A DNA stretch of 64,000 nucleotides from Oopsacas minuta (lineage: Eukaryota; Animalia; Porifera): NCBI GenBank assembly GCA_024704765.1, contig JAKMXF010000305.1:38682-102681 (forward strand). Direction: 5' to 3'. The position numbers and the translations under genes are program-made. Below, piece after piece: positions 51,137-64,000 of the stretch; within the stretch, counting starts at the first letter, position 1, and every line of letters starts with the position of its first letter. The notes below the pieces were generated by a model. That model did no database searches. It saw nothing but the letters and a program-made list of their open reading frames with translations, and had not been told where the DNA came from.

Positions 51137-52551
51137 TATATTCATTAATAATATCTAAGAGTGGCTTACATTTATATCCCAATTTCCTTAATAGGAATGA
51201 TCGCTAGATTCCATCGATGGATCTACAATGCGGGAAAATCATTTAACAAACATTTTTAAGACTTTCTTGGTTATTACAGATTCTCTAAGAAAGATTATTG
51301 GAATATGACTAAGAATTGTTTTAAATACCAACCTAGAATTATTCTTAGAATTGACTCTAATTCTACAATTTAACTAAGAATTTGACTTAGAATTTTCATA
51401 AATACGAACTTTGAATTATTCTGAAATTGTTTATTAATGCAAGTTTCAGCAACTTCTCGAAATAATTAATAGAACTTGAATTTAGAATTTTTGAATAAGG
51501 CCCTTATTGCTCTAGATTAAACCCCCATTACCCTTTGTTCAGCTTTAGATGCTGCAATAAGCGTAATCGATGTTTAAACTAGAGTAGGTTTTCTCCAACC
51601 ATAATAGGATATGGCCACACTTTTTAAAGAATTTATATCATGACCACACCCAAGTTCGACATATTTAGTCAAGTTAGGCAATGTTTGGTAAAATTTGATC
51701 ATGTTTGGCCAATCTTCGTCAAGTTGGTTAAGTTTGGTTTAGTTAGTCATGGAGCTTCTACTTGTCCAAATCAAAATAACAAATCTCTGTGATCACAATT
51801 TGTCTCGTTTGGTCATATGACCACAGGTTGGGAGACCATGATCTAGATTCTAAACTAATACAAACTATACCCACGCATTTTATTGGTTAGGCCAGATTAT
51901 ACCCGGAGATATTCTAAAACAGGTGTATCATCTGGACCTTTACACCGAGACCCTTTCTAATTCACAACAGTTTACTTTGCACATTTAGCAATTTCCTTGC
52001 ATCCAATTGTTAATTCAGTTCTTGATAAGTGATTACCGTATTTCGCTGAATAAGCATCGTGAGCCAGAAAACACTATAGGATTTGTTAATAAATTTTTTT
52101 AACATAATCTAGAATAATTATTTAATGAAAATTACTTCTCATTGACTAGGCGACAAACTATGATAATATGTTTCGCAAAATCATGGTCTTTTCAAAAATT
52201 GAAAACACCTATACGGAAAAATGGCCATAAAAAATCTAAAATACCAATCTAAAGTAAATCTGAGAGAAAATAAGGAGCGCATGTTGAGCGCGATCCATAT
52301 CGTCCGGAGCGCTTATTCTCTGACTATAGATAATAACAACAATTGCATAAAAATTTAGTGCAACTACTATACTTGGGGAACCATTATAGACTTGACAATT
52401 TTGACCTACTTTTTTAATCACTATAATTATGAGTGTGGATTTTGGGAGACATTTAGATAAACATTACCTCCCAAAATTGAAATTTACCTCCATAAGTTGG
52501 TAATTCTAGGTGAATCTTTCTGATACAATTTCTTATATATGCTAAATCTGT

Positions 52552-54055
52552 TTAAAGACGCTTATTTATTGTTAGGGTAATAAAACTCTTACTTTCTGAC
52601 TTCAGATTTAACCGGTTATTGCATATTGTCTTTAATATATGAACGAAATCAAAGGTGAGAAATAGGATTCGATTTGAATTAGAAGCCTGAGGAACTTGAG
52701 TTTCCAGCTTACCACTTTTAAAGAAGAGCTTGAACAATTTTACATTGAGACAATAGTTGTCGATAGAGATAATATCTATAAATAGGCCATAACACTCAAT
52801 ATCTTGAACACAGGATCCACTATCGTAAATATTCTTTCTGTTGAAAGAGATGCGCAGGTTAACAGACGAACAATGCAAGACCATTATTTCTGTAGACTAG
52901 ATACCATAATTGCAGATACAGTTTTGATTGGATCTTCTGGTATCAAACTAGCCCTGTATATCTCACTACCGATGTATGAAATATCCGATTTCATATGAAT
53001 TCATCCATTTCGACAATAACATGCTTTTCAGCATCACAGAAAGAACGAGTCTCTTGTTTGAGGAAGGTAAAACAGTCACTTTAAAGGCCGGATAAGGAAT
53101 ATAACTTGATTAGAGTATTTACATGGGGAAGAGTTAGACAAGGCATTTGCTCAAATGTGTTTTGAGGGCCTTTATTTGTTTTAATACATTATATCTACGC
53201 CTGTTTTGAGGAACAGGGCTGTTTTCTAACTGGCATTGTATGAATTCCAGTCTTGAAACTTCGGGATAACAGGTAATTCGAAATCTGATTCATTAGTCTG
53301 TAAAGTGTTTGTTGCCTGTTTACTATTGTCTCTTGCCAAAGAAATATGTGTAGCATTCGTATCAGAATTATATGATTCATTGGGATGTGCTGATTTGGAT
53401 GCTCCATCAAGTATATTTTCTATTTGTCGAATATCGCTATTGATGTTAGAGAGAGAAGAAAAGGTTCCCCACTAGAATAAGCTCTAACAGATATATGGGA
53501 ATGTACTATCAAGTACATGTTTACAAGAGTATCACTATTTGCGAGACTTGTGCGCATAAAAACAATACTATTTGGCACAGGATGCCATAATGGCCATGTT
53601 CTAGACAAGGAGAGCAAAGGTAATTGGTCTGAAATATCAGAAAACTGCATTTTGAACTTATCTATCTCTTCTGCTTCTGATTTCAAGCCTCAAAATTTGG
53701 TTGAATAGTTCATCTTCTCTTAATTCTAGGGGCGCCTGCGATTAGTATTAGATTAGTAGTATAATGGACAATCTGGTGGAAATACAGGTGCAACGCCATC
53801 TTTCAGCTTGAGATGACTCGAGGGATTTCACGAAAGGTTCCATCTCCATTTGGAACTTTGTGACTGTATTCTCTCCGTGATAATGTTTATCACAAATATA
53901 GACAGACTTCAATTACCTGAATCATCCCTCCGAAGAGCCCTAATCCAAGATTGTCTGAGTTCAGGTCGTTTATTAGGTAATTTGAATATAGGTACAGTTT
54001 CGTTTGTCGATTTGTAGTTGCATTTGCACTCAGGAGTGGAGCAGCGATTAGGTAT
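52552..54055 (-). pseudogene. P-element/THAP9-like transposase remnant with an N-terminal THAP zinc finger
   Basis: PNRCSTPECKCNY...PIFKLP...QSWIRAL...YICDKHY (54052-53878) is a THAP domain. MDE.HMKSDISY, IMVSSL...WS.IVRL and IISIDNY.LNVKLFKL...LFLTFDFVHILKTICNN are P-type RNase H/insertion motifs. Confidence 0.75.
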
Positions 54056-54692
54056 TATTGATAGTACTCAACAATGGTAAAATGCTAAATAAGCAGAAAA
54101 AAGTACTAAGTTAATTAAATACGGATAAAACAAGCATAAACACAAGGATAAAGATCAAGAGTGACAGAATACGAACAGTAACTGAGTATATGAATATCTA
54201 TAGTACGACTGAATAATTATTTCTATCTTGTTTATATATTCAAATGAATTTTCAATTGTTTTGGTTAGATAGAACTAAATGTTCAACTTTGTGGCTCATT
54301 AATAAATCCAGTCTGTAATAGCATCCATGGCCCCATTTTCCCTTAATAATATGTAGTCATAAGTTTGGTAGACAAGGTTTGACCATATTTGACAATAAAT
54401 TGAAGAAATCACCAATTTCACAGTACATCGTGGACCCCATCCGTGGTCCATATTTCAATTGTTAATGTGAGGCCTTATGTATAGTAGGCTATGGTATGAC
54501 TATTCACTAGATAAAATGTGATTAAAAATTTTGTAATTCAGCATTCTTATATCACAAGTTTATCATTATACGTTTAGTAGATTTAGTATCAACGATATAT
54601 ACAAATAATATAAGTATTCAGGAGGGTACAAAGTTTATTTGAAATTATTGTGTTTGCATTTTATATTTTACAGTGTTCTATGATTATTTTAG

Positions 54693-54916
54693 GTCTTGAA
54701 AAAAGAAGGATATACCCAATTATGTGATTGGTGGTCAGTTGGAGTTATTATGTATGAGATGCTTATTGGACAACCACCATTCTTCGCAAATTCTGCTGCC
54801 GAAACCCAGTTTAAGATACTTAATTGGCAGAAATATCTTAGATTTCCCCATCAAATCAAGATTTCAAGGGCCAGCAAAGATTTAATCATTTCTCTTTGCC
54901 GAGATCCATTAACCAG
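54693..54916 (+). CDS. LATS: LATS/Warts kinase exon: subdomains IX-XI
   Basis: TTTTAG|GTC TTG reads VLKKEGYTQLCDWWSVGVIMYEMLIGQPPFFANSAAETQFKILNWQ...DLIISLCRDPLT, then AG|GTGACT. Confidence 0.96.
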
Positions 54917-55101
54917 GTGACTCCTTCAGTTGACTAATTCTTTCTAAACTATTTTGTCAGTATTTGGCCTAACTAGGTACTTTATATGCTGTGGAAAAAG
55001 CAATTAAAAATACATTGGTCAAGGGACGTCTCATAACGAACTCAAAATTGGATCAATTTCCATATAACCATGGATGACATCGATTTCGTGTAGATTGACA
55101 C

Positions 55102-55512
55102 CAGTGCTGCAAATTAGTCTTACAATGTGACCCGTGACCCATGACCCACATGACCCATCGATTATCTCCTGACCCATCTTGACCCATTAACTTTTGAAAC
55201 ACAACACAGTTTACCACTAAGAGATTCATCTTCTTTGGATTCGATTAGAATAACTAGAAGTGTTTTGAAAATTAATTGTCATTCAATTTTCAGCATTAGT
55301 AAATTCTTGACAATAATAGTCCCACGACAAAATATGATTGTTGGTAATACTAGTACCTTCCAGACATTAATGTGTAGCAAATCATCTATAACTTCGTTGT
55401 ATTTTTCTAAATGCACTAAATGCATATAAGTACTGGTGGATCATGACCCATCAAGCATGACCCAAGCAAGACCCATCGACCCATCTGACCCATTGACCCA
55501 TTTGCAGCTCTT
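55102..55512. mobile_element. Probable hAT-type MITE with GACCCA subterminal arrays
   Basis: Ends CAGTGCTGCAAAT / ATTTGCAGCTCTT; six GACCC(A/G) motifs near each end. The TSD is only partly matched. Confidence 0.5.
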
Positions 55513-56944
55513 GTGTACACAACTCTCCCCCAAGTAATCGTATATCATGATTACTGATCATCAACCTAACACATTAGAAAATATTTGTACTGTAAAGGAC
55601 ATTTCTACCCCTATGTAATAGGAACAAATCAACAAATCAAATTTCAGTATTTCATTTTAATTTAGTTCTTGGCTGCTAATTATTTGGCTTAGTGTACTAT
55701 TATTAACTAACCACTTGAACGACGGTGGACAGTAGGGGTCAATTGGAAGAGCTGCTAATCCATAGGTGCTTTGTTGAAAAATTGAGGTTATAGACATAGC
55801 AACCCCCCACCCTTCACCAGTACACGATAGCTTTCCAAAACTCTTGCCTTGGGCCCCTACACTTCTCAAAAGGTGCCTTTTGAACTCCCTTTAAATTTCA
55901 AATTTTGTATTGATTAACACAATTTTGGTAATTTTGGACTCGATTTCGATTCTAAAGACAATTCCATCTCCAGAAGTTTGAGAACAAATATAGTACAAGA
56001 TGTCTATAAACCTTTTTCGTGAATAGTATCTATTTTCCACATAAACTTAGACTCTTGTATCAGTAGTATATATATTAATTCTAGTAATTGCAATTAATAT
56101 TGAGCCATAAACAAAATGGTGTAATTAAATCATTGAAATGTGTGAAACTATACTCAGTTAACTGAGTAGTGTCGCACAAGTAGTGATTGGATGTGCTCAG
56201 TCGGAAATGGAGAGGAATTTGTTGTTACATTCTGTACTACTAAGAAAACAATATTTCCAGATATATCCAATTAACCACTTGAACGATGGTGAATTTCGAT
56301 TAACACGTTTCAAAAATTGGATTAAATAGTGGAGGTTTGGTGGATTTGAACCATAGTTGTAGCTCGGGGTTGCTGGCAACCCCAACGGAAATCCCTGGAT
56401 TCCTGGGGATTCTAGCACCCTCTGCATGATGCTGTTGCTATTAATCCCAAGCCAATTCTTAGCAATCCCATGAGGAATGCTAGTTACTCCTCTTATTTGA
56501 ACACATTCTAAACGTATCCCTTCAGTGGTTTATTGTGTCCGATAAGAAAATTAAGTAGCACTAAGACCCAAAATTTATTACGTGTTTTGATCATTGTATC
56601 CATAAATGTGAAATTCTATCAAGGGTCCAATACTTCTTGGTCATCACCCCTTTGTCTCTGAACTTTGAGATTGTTTGAACACTTTTTGTAATGGTGTGTT
56701 CGTATGTATGATATTATTGGGGTACCATGTACAGTGACTGTGTCAGAATTACTTCCCAAGTGACAAACTGATGATCTCCCTGCTACGATTCTAGCAAATA
56801 CGGTTAATTAGCAATTGATTTGTGTGCAGGCCAAACTCGATTGCATTTGACTTACGCAGAACGCATTTTCCACATTTTCGGATTCTTATGTATGTTTATA
56901 TTTATTCACTAACCAAACAAAAGTATTTTACACCACTAAGTATA

Positions 56945-57191
56945 CACTTCCTGGTCAAAAGTATTGGGACACCATACCAATGACACATGTGACATATTGA
57001 ACTTTGTGAGAATACATGTATTGAATATTCTGTGGATATATCAGAAAAGGTGATTGTAATCATAAAATTAATGATAGAATTAAGTTCACAAAAGTTTGAA
57101 ACTATCTTCAGCCTATACAACTAAAGTACGATGCATATTTGTGCCATGTGTCAATTGTGGCGAGTGTTCCAATATTTCTGGCCAGGGAGTG
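56945..57191. mobile_element. Tc1-derived MITE, 247 bp
   Basis: TA|CACTTCCTGGTCAAAAGTATTGGGACAC ... GTGTTCCAATATTTCTGGCCAGGGAGTG|TA. Confidence 0.75.
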
Positions 57192-57979
57192 TATTATTGA
57201 TTTCCTACCTATGCAGCTAATATTTGAACATGCATACGATAATATTCATCAATGAACTTTTGAATATGTTAGTCAACTTTATCCTGATTAAATATTTTTT
57301 CCAATTAGATATTTTCTAGGCATACTTTACTCATTATATTGATAATGAGCTAAGTAATCATTCAATTGCTATTTGACCATTCAAATGAGATCAAATCTGA
57401 TATAATATTTGATATCATCTCTGTATCACCCCAGTATTAATTTTTATTATTTGGTGAAACTTCGCTTGTTCGCGCTCTGCAGCTTGCGAACACTGTGTTC
57501 GCATTTAACTCACCACTTCGAGCCTTTAATTTTTTAATATGTAATATTATTTATATATGACTTGAAATAGCGAGATTCAGAATCACAGTGGTCGATTACC
57601 CCAATATAACTGTTCAAACCAAGTTCTAGCAAAGTTTCAATTATCTTCATAAAATCAATATTATATTTATATATGATAAACTTGAAAATGTGAAGTTCAG
57701 ATTTTGCGTACTTTGATACCCTATTGTAGCCGTTGAGAGCAAGTCTTACCATTATTTTGAGATTACATATATATTTACTTTATATATTCATTAAACCAAA
57801 TTCACATATGGTTAATTTAAACGTGTGAGATTCGGATTCAGCAGAATCGATATATTTATTCATGTTTTCTTGAATTCTGTTTACTTTCTCTATATACATG
57901 ATAAATACAAAATATTGGGACATTGAGACCCTTTGAATCTTATTACATCCATAATATAATACTAATCATTTTTGGAAGA

Positions 57980-59050
57980 TCTTTGCATCGGGATTTAATT
58001 ATTGCCAAAATCTTCCAGAATGGCAATTACACGATCAAAGTTTCGTATCATTGACTTATAAATAATGCGTATAGTTGGATACGAGGATTATATGTGTTCG
58101 ACCATGACATAGAAATGTGATATCTCGCATGTTGATCTTATCATTTATAGAGCATAAGCTGTTTTTTAACCTTTTTGGTTTCTCCTTTTCTCGGATAGCG
58201 CTAGGTCTCTGATAGTTTATAAACAAGAATCAATCACCGAAAGCAAATGTTCAATATGTATTTTTTGCCCTTGTGCACCTTGTTTAACATTAATGCTCGT
58301 TTTGTCCCCAATGGTAAGACTTTGAAGATCGGCACTGAATTTGTTGTTTGTTGCAATTACTTTACATAGGTGCGTCGATTCGAAATCTTTATTTGGGGGT
58401 GGGCAAGTTATGTTTATGTCTATTATCTTAGGGTTCCTGCGGCTGTCTGGACCCACCAAGGTTTACTGTTCTGAAACTGGATTTTGGTGAAATTTACTTA
58501 GAAGTTACCGCAATTTCGCTTGGTAGACCCAAGGTCTCATTTAGTTTCCTATAACTTCGCATCCATGCTGTCTACTCCTGGATTTATGTAAGCGTAAAGA
58601 TTTCGCCTACCCTAATAATCGAAATTTTGGGCGGTCAAGTCGGAAAATTACGCCCAATTTGCATTATTGTGAATCTAATTCAAGCCACATAGACGTAGCA
58701 TCTGGTCCTCCTGTCCCTCTCATTGCAGCCCAAATTTGACCAGACCATATGTTCATCCGCTCAATGTTCCTGAAACAAGTTTAAGTCCACGGGAGGTAAG
58801 AGGGGCTTAGTCCAACACTTAGAATAAGTTTCCCCTGAGATGACTACTCTATTTTCCCTAATTAGCGTCGGAAATTGAATATTCCTCGGGGACTAGAAAT
58901 GCCGAACTGATACTGTTTTTGGCAAATCTTGGTGGGGCATTTGCATCGAACATGCCCGAAAATCGGAACTTTCCTCACCAACGGGCCAGTTGGCACTTTC
59001 TACCTTTGATAATTTGACATTTTACGGCATAATACCCACGGATAAAATAT
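57980..59050 (-). mobile_element. Possible L1/Tx1-type LINE remnant (ORF1 knuckles and start of endonuclease)
   Basis: - strand FGHVRCKCPTKICQKQYQFG (degenerate twin CCHC), KIIDINI (KIISxN-like) and ILEDF (GDFN-like). Weak. Confidence 0.3.
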
Positions 59051-59153
59051 GGGCACCTTCCCGCATCTTTAGGGAAAAACTATATAGACCTTTCTGAAAT
59101 ATACTCAGAATTTCTAATGTTTCACTAGTCTGATATCTCTAATACCCTGCAAC

Positions 59154-59733
59154 ATCTATACAACTAAAACTGTATTAATCTGTATGTATGTGTATGTATA
59201 TATGTTTATGTGTTCGGAATTGTTTGAGATTCTGGAAGACCCCCAGACCTGATTTTTGGTACACGGGGGTATTTTGGGCCTGTATCGGAGAAGTTCCAGT
59301 CTTTGAAGAAATTCACAATTATGACGAAATTATTACGTAACTGTTATAACCTTGAAATTTACATCACAGATACCCCTCAACATTATGAATGTCCTGACTT
59401 CATGATTTTGACCTAATGCAATCTCAGTATGGGACGATTACGTCACCATAACTCATCAAAAATATCAAAATTTGATGAATTTTGAATTTTTGAGAATTTC
59501 ATAATACTCGAGGCATAAAGTTCCAAGATTACTAACCTAAAACGACTTCGCAGCTCCAGTATAATCACAGAAGTCTATTAAATGAACTTTCAATTGACCA
59601 TGAATAATTTTATATCAAAATTTCCACAAAAAATTGCCTTGAGACACGTAGTGGCCAAAATCATCAAAATGTACGTGTTCAATACTTAAGCTAACCTGAG
59701 CACCTAAGCTGTCTAGCATGCGGACCCGCTAGC
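59154..59733 (+). repeat. Non-autonomous Helitron-like element
   Basis: Starts ATCTATACAACTAAAA with a (TATG)n tract and ends with GC-rich GCGGACCCG then CTAG. No coding capacity. Confidence 0.4.
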
Positions 59734-62700
59734 ACCTTTGACCTCGGATATGACTTACTGCCAAGGAAATTATGATTGGTATATGCTACCCGAAATATTT
59801 CTGATCCGAAAATTTGTTCTGTACAATTTTTGAAATATAGACTGATCCATTTATAAGAATAGTAATAACCTGGTCCAATTCTATCTTCAATACTACAATG
59901 TTATCATGAGCGAGATATACTTTCATTGATTTACAAAAAATTTGTCACCCGGGAAAATTGTTCTCAGAGGACCATAATTCTTGTGGTCTGCTTTAGAATT
60001 TTGGAGCCCCTATAGTTTTATCTTTATCTACTTAGTAAATACGAGCAAGCTTCGCTTTGTTGGGCTGTTCCGATCGCGAACCTTCGTGTCCACGGGTGGC
60101 ACTCTTCTGGTGTTCTTGTATTCTTATTGATATATGAGTCCGTTCAAACGTTGCGTGACACAAATTACATTAATATTGACACCCTTCCCTGTGTCACTCA
60201 TTTGGACCGTTTTATAATAAAAAGGGTTGTCACATTTTGCATACCACCCCCCTTTGTAGCGTTACGTAAGGTCAGAACAACTTTATTATACATAGTATAG
60301 ATATAGAATATACCCAGCACATATAAAGCATTAAACGACCCAAAGGCACAGTTTCTATAGACCACAATAATTGATCATTCACTCTAGTGTATATAGTTCG
60401 TAGACTTTTGCGAGAGTGGTAATTATTTACCTTTGTTTCACATTTGTCCTTAGCTATTTTTCGCCATTTTGAACGCTTTATCTCGGCAGGATTTTATAAT
60501 CCAAAAGTTATTCGGTTATATGGCCACTTATAAGACCCTCATTTGATCAGTTGATTCTTAAATTCCTGATGTCAATATAATATTAGTATTACCATTTATG
60601 GGAAGGTGTTATAACCGTATAAGTCACGTTCCATAATTATTTTCGGTTTATATCAATTTCGCCGTTGGACACCTTAAATATGACTTACTATACGACAATA
60701 ATAAACTTTACGAGTTTTCTTCCGTGTAATATAGAAGTCCCTTTTCCAACATTGGACCAAGATTTCATGGAATTTACACACCCGGACCATTATGAATTGG
60801 ATATTCCCCTGCCCATTATATCATGAATTTAGGCGATTGGCCAATTATCTGAGAATTTTGTTGGACTTTGGGCTCTATTAGGATTATAGCTCAGGGCAAT
60901 TCTCTGGTTATTTTGCTTTCGTGAGATGTTCTCCGGATGCCAGATTATCGCCTAATTATTGGGATTTCTTGAGCTAAGTCTGGTTGTGGAAGGAACTTTT
61001 CCCAATTTATTTCATTATCAAGCTTTCTGTTGCTAGCAGGCATTAACTCCCCAAAAGCTCACCTTTATCATTTTGATGCTTACTATCTATTATATAGTAT
61101 GTCGATTGTTTTTTTCTCCGGAATTGATTGAGGAACTGGAAAGAACTATAAACTTGGTATTTGGCATGTGTGTGGAATGTGATAAATTTAGGAACAGGTT
61201 TTGGGATCTCAGCGATATCTCGAAAATACCCTAAGATAGGTGTCAAAATGTATAGACCTATAGGATTCGAGAGTTTACCAATTGTGGTAATCATATGATA
61301 TAGACTCTAACCCAGTCCAATTTCGATGAAATGGTTCAAATTCCAATTTGTTAAACCTGTAACTATGATTTATTTAATCTGAAATTACACAATTAGTAGC
61401 TAAAGTAACCACCACTATATAGTTTCCAATATGTACATACTTAATAAATAATATTTTGTAATTTATTTAATATGCCAATGGTATAAATATGTAACTATGT
61501 GTATTATTGTTAATTTATTGACCAATTTACCATTAAGTATATATAGATCAAAAACAAGATCATTTAATTAATTATTCCGCGGATATTCAATGAAATGTAC
61601 TGGAATACACATGTAAGCTTGTTAATTATATTTCAATGAGTATTGTTGTCATATTATTACATTAGAGAAAGATTTAAATTATTGATAATTTATTTATATT
61701 TAAAGAACGTTTTGACCGGTTGGACCCAGTACACCCGATTTAAGTCTTTAGCTGTAGTGGCCATGAATTATAGAGAAAATTGTTCCCCTGTCCAAACCTG
61801 CAACTGAATATCAGTAATCATTATTCAGTTCTTCAAATTGATTATTATCAGTGGTATTCGGTTGAATCAAGGGCTACTAGAATGCATGTACGCGACAAAG
61901 CCATACCACGGTGAGTAATGCATACACTAAACATTGATTTAACATAATTTCTGTATTACTTACTGGCATTACTACAGTTAGTACGAACTCCGGATAAAAT
62001 GAACAAATTATTACCGCTTGTTGGAGTTCGTATTAATTAGGCTACTCGGTGTATGTAGACATACCGAAATTATGTGAAGAATGTACTTTAAGAGTTAGAG
62101 AATGTGGTTAAAAAGTTTCCACATTGGCCACAGTTTTAAGGAACAGATATTTGACACTCCCTTCCCTATATCCCCATAGTCACTAAATCTTTGCTTTTAT
62201 TCTACGAAAATGAAATACACTAATTGTGAATTTATCAGTTTTCGTGTGGTTATCAACATCGAGACATCAACCAAAAAATATTAACTCATACTTTTAAGGA
62301 CATAAGAATGTATGCTAACATTGTTGCATCAAATTTAACACAGTTGTTATCTAAGTGCTTGGCGGGCGCATAAAGTGCCAGTTCAGCAGCCATAAAGCAC
62401 ATAAAGTGCCGAACGCTAGATTGAAATTAGTATAGGATTAATAGATTAGGGCAAAAGTGCCATCCCAACAGTACCCGTGCAGTAAGTGTCGAGCCAGAAT
62501 TTACTGGGTTAACCCTTTGTGGCGCATAATTATCAGAGTTCGTAGAATATCTCATCAAAATGAGTATGATTTTTGTATATAGGTATTAAAGAAATGATTT
62601 ATTTGCATAAAAACAACTTGATATTTTGAAAATCACATCCTATAATTTTACCCTTAGATGTCACTGACTCCCTCATACGTAAACTAGACCCTAATCAGAA

Positions 62701-64000
62701 ACAAATGTTTTGTTCTGCATTGACAATCAACTTCCTTCTGTATATACTAGTCCAATGCCTTTGGCTGAATTCAGTAGCGCCTTGCAATAAGTGACTGGGG
62801 CCCACAAAATATTCTCCAACCTCCGACATAATTACTCCAAGAGACCTTGAAGAGGTCAACTTTCTTGGCTAATTGCTAATCAAACGTTATTTCTTGCGAT
62901 TGGTTTGGAGCCTGGACTTTATTGATTGGCTACAGCGCCCACATACTCACATCCAGAACTTTTTGCCTACCAGATTGTATTTGTGCACCACAGATTTCAA
63001 GGCCACACAAAGCCACTGACTGAAATGATTAGTTCTGATCATACTACTGCAATCAAATAACTAATTTCCTAAATAAATAGATTCCTACTTATAATCTATA
63101 CATGGTAAAATTTTGAATGTTTATAAAGAAAAGTTGATTATTCCAGGGCCATGTTTCACAGTGTTTTTGGTACTTTCAATGATACAAATGTAATACAATA
63201 TTTAGACAATTGTTGTAGTATCGTACATCTTGTATAAAGATAAACGAACTATGTATACAATCATACATAATTGTTCTGCCCATTCACTACATAATTTATG
63301 TTATTTAATTGTTAAAGAAATTTGTATTAGATAAACCAATTGTAAAATTGTTCAATTTTGAAGATGTAGTAACAATATTTACATCTCTTTGTAAAGTATT
63401 GTCCACACCTATACTAAACCATGAAATTTCAGAAAGTTTGCATTACTTGAAAGCTATGCAAGGGGGAAGTAATTGATGAGCAAAGTGTTTTTATTATTGA
63501 AACCGCAGAAAAGTATAGTAATGTAAAGTATGGGCCTACATATAAGGCTCAATCCCCATTTGGGAGATATTTACAACTCTATGTACAGACAGCTACAAAT
63601 ATATTACAATAGATACAGACTATTCTTTACTAATACTCTTTTCTTTTCTTCTATACTAGAGTATGTATTTATATATTATATGCCAATACTTGCATTATGG
63701 AGTAATTTGATGTTTTATATTTATGTAAGTGATCCATTAAAACTTAGAAATCAGTCAGAGAATTGGAATACAATTGTAAACCTGCTATTTTGAAATCAGC
63801 TAATAATTTAAAACCAGGAAATTTTATCAGAAGATTTATCCAAATATAATAGGGAGAGTGTCAGCTTGGGTTAATCGTAACAATAAAATTATTCCCTATG
63901 CGAAAACCAAAGCGAGCTATCCTTGACACTCATGAATGTCAAGAAGTTTAGAATATGGAAGATAAGTAGAAGTAGTTATGTATATCGTTCGGACTTATCT

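Noticed and set aside
51300-51500. Recurring TAGAATT units
   Set aside because: Degenerate AT-rich low-complexity tract with irregular spacing and no repeat-spacer structure.
62440-62500. ATAG|A TTA GGG CAA (RLGQK) as the next LATS exon
   Set aside because: No polypyrimidine tract and no following EIKxHPFF-type motif; it sits in an AAGTGCC-repeat segment.
1-64000. Antisense orientation bias of TEs relative to LATS
   Set aside because: About 12 antisense versus 7 sense among orientable elements; too weak to claim.
1-64000. CRISPR arrays, rRNA, tRNA or prokaryotic operons
   Set aside because: None recognisable; the window is spliceosomal-intron-containing eukaryotic DNA.

Overview
Eukaryotic (animal, probably invertebrate; species not assignable) AT-rich genomic DNA. 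The backbone is part of a + strand LATS/Warts Hippo-pathway kinase gene. Five exons can be read with GT-AG boundaries and consistent phases: 6463-6650, 18176-18584, 28188-28510, 45791-46001 and 54693-54916. The C-terminal exon(s) were not found and probably lie beyond the window. The 9-17 kb introns are packed with DNA transposons: at least 11 Tc1/mariner-type elements (DD34E, DD37E, DD37D/maT, DD34D, several nested), Chapaev, hAT, Mutator and P/THAP remnants, MITEs, and LINE and Helitron-like debris. The standout is a complete 3,081-bp Transib/RAG1-like transposon (2840-5920). Both ends start with the exact V(D)J RSS heptamer CACAGTG, the TIRs are bipartite and asymmetric, and there is a perfect 5-bp TSD (TGCTC). 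Its disrupted transposase keeps the DDE triad and CxxC and has a segment that aligns by eye with the RAG1 nonamer-binding domain; there is no room for a RAG2-like gene. Second, two almost identical 1.3-kb maT copies in inverted orientation bracket two LATS exons totalling 732 nt (244 codons, matching phases), a candidate in-frame circRNA or exon-skipping switch. All homology calls are from motif recognition by eye, not database searches.
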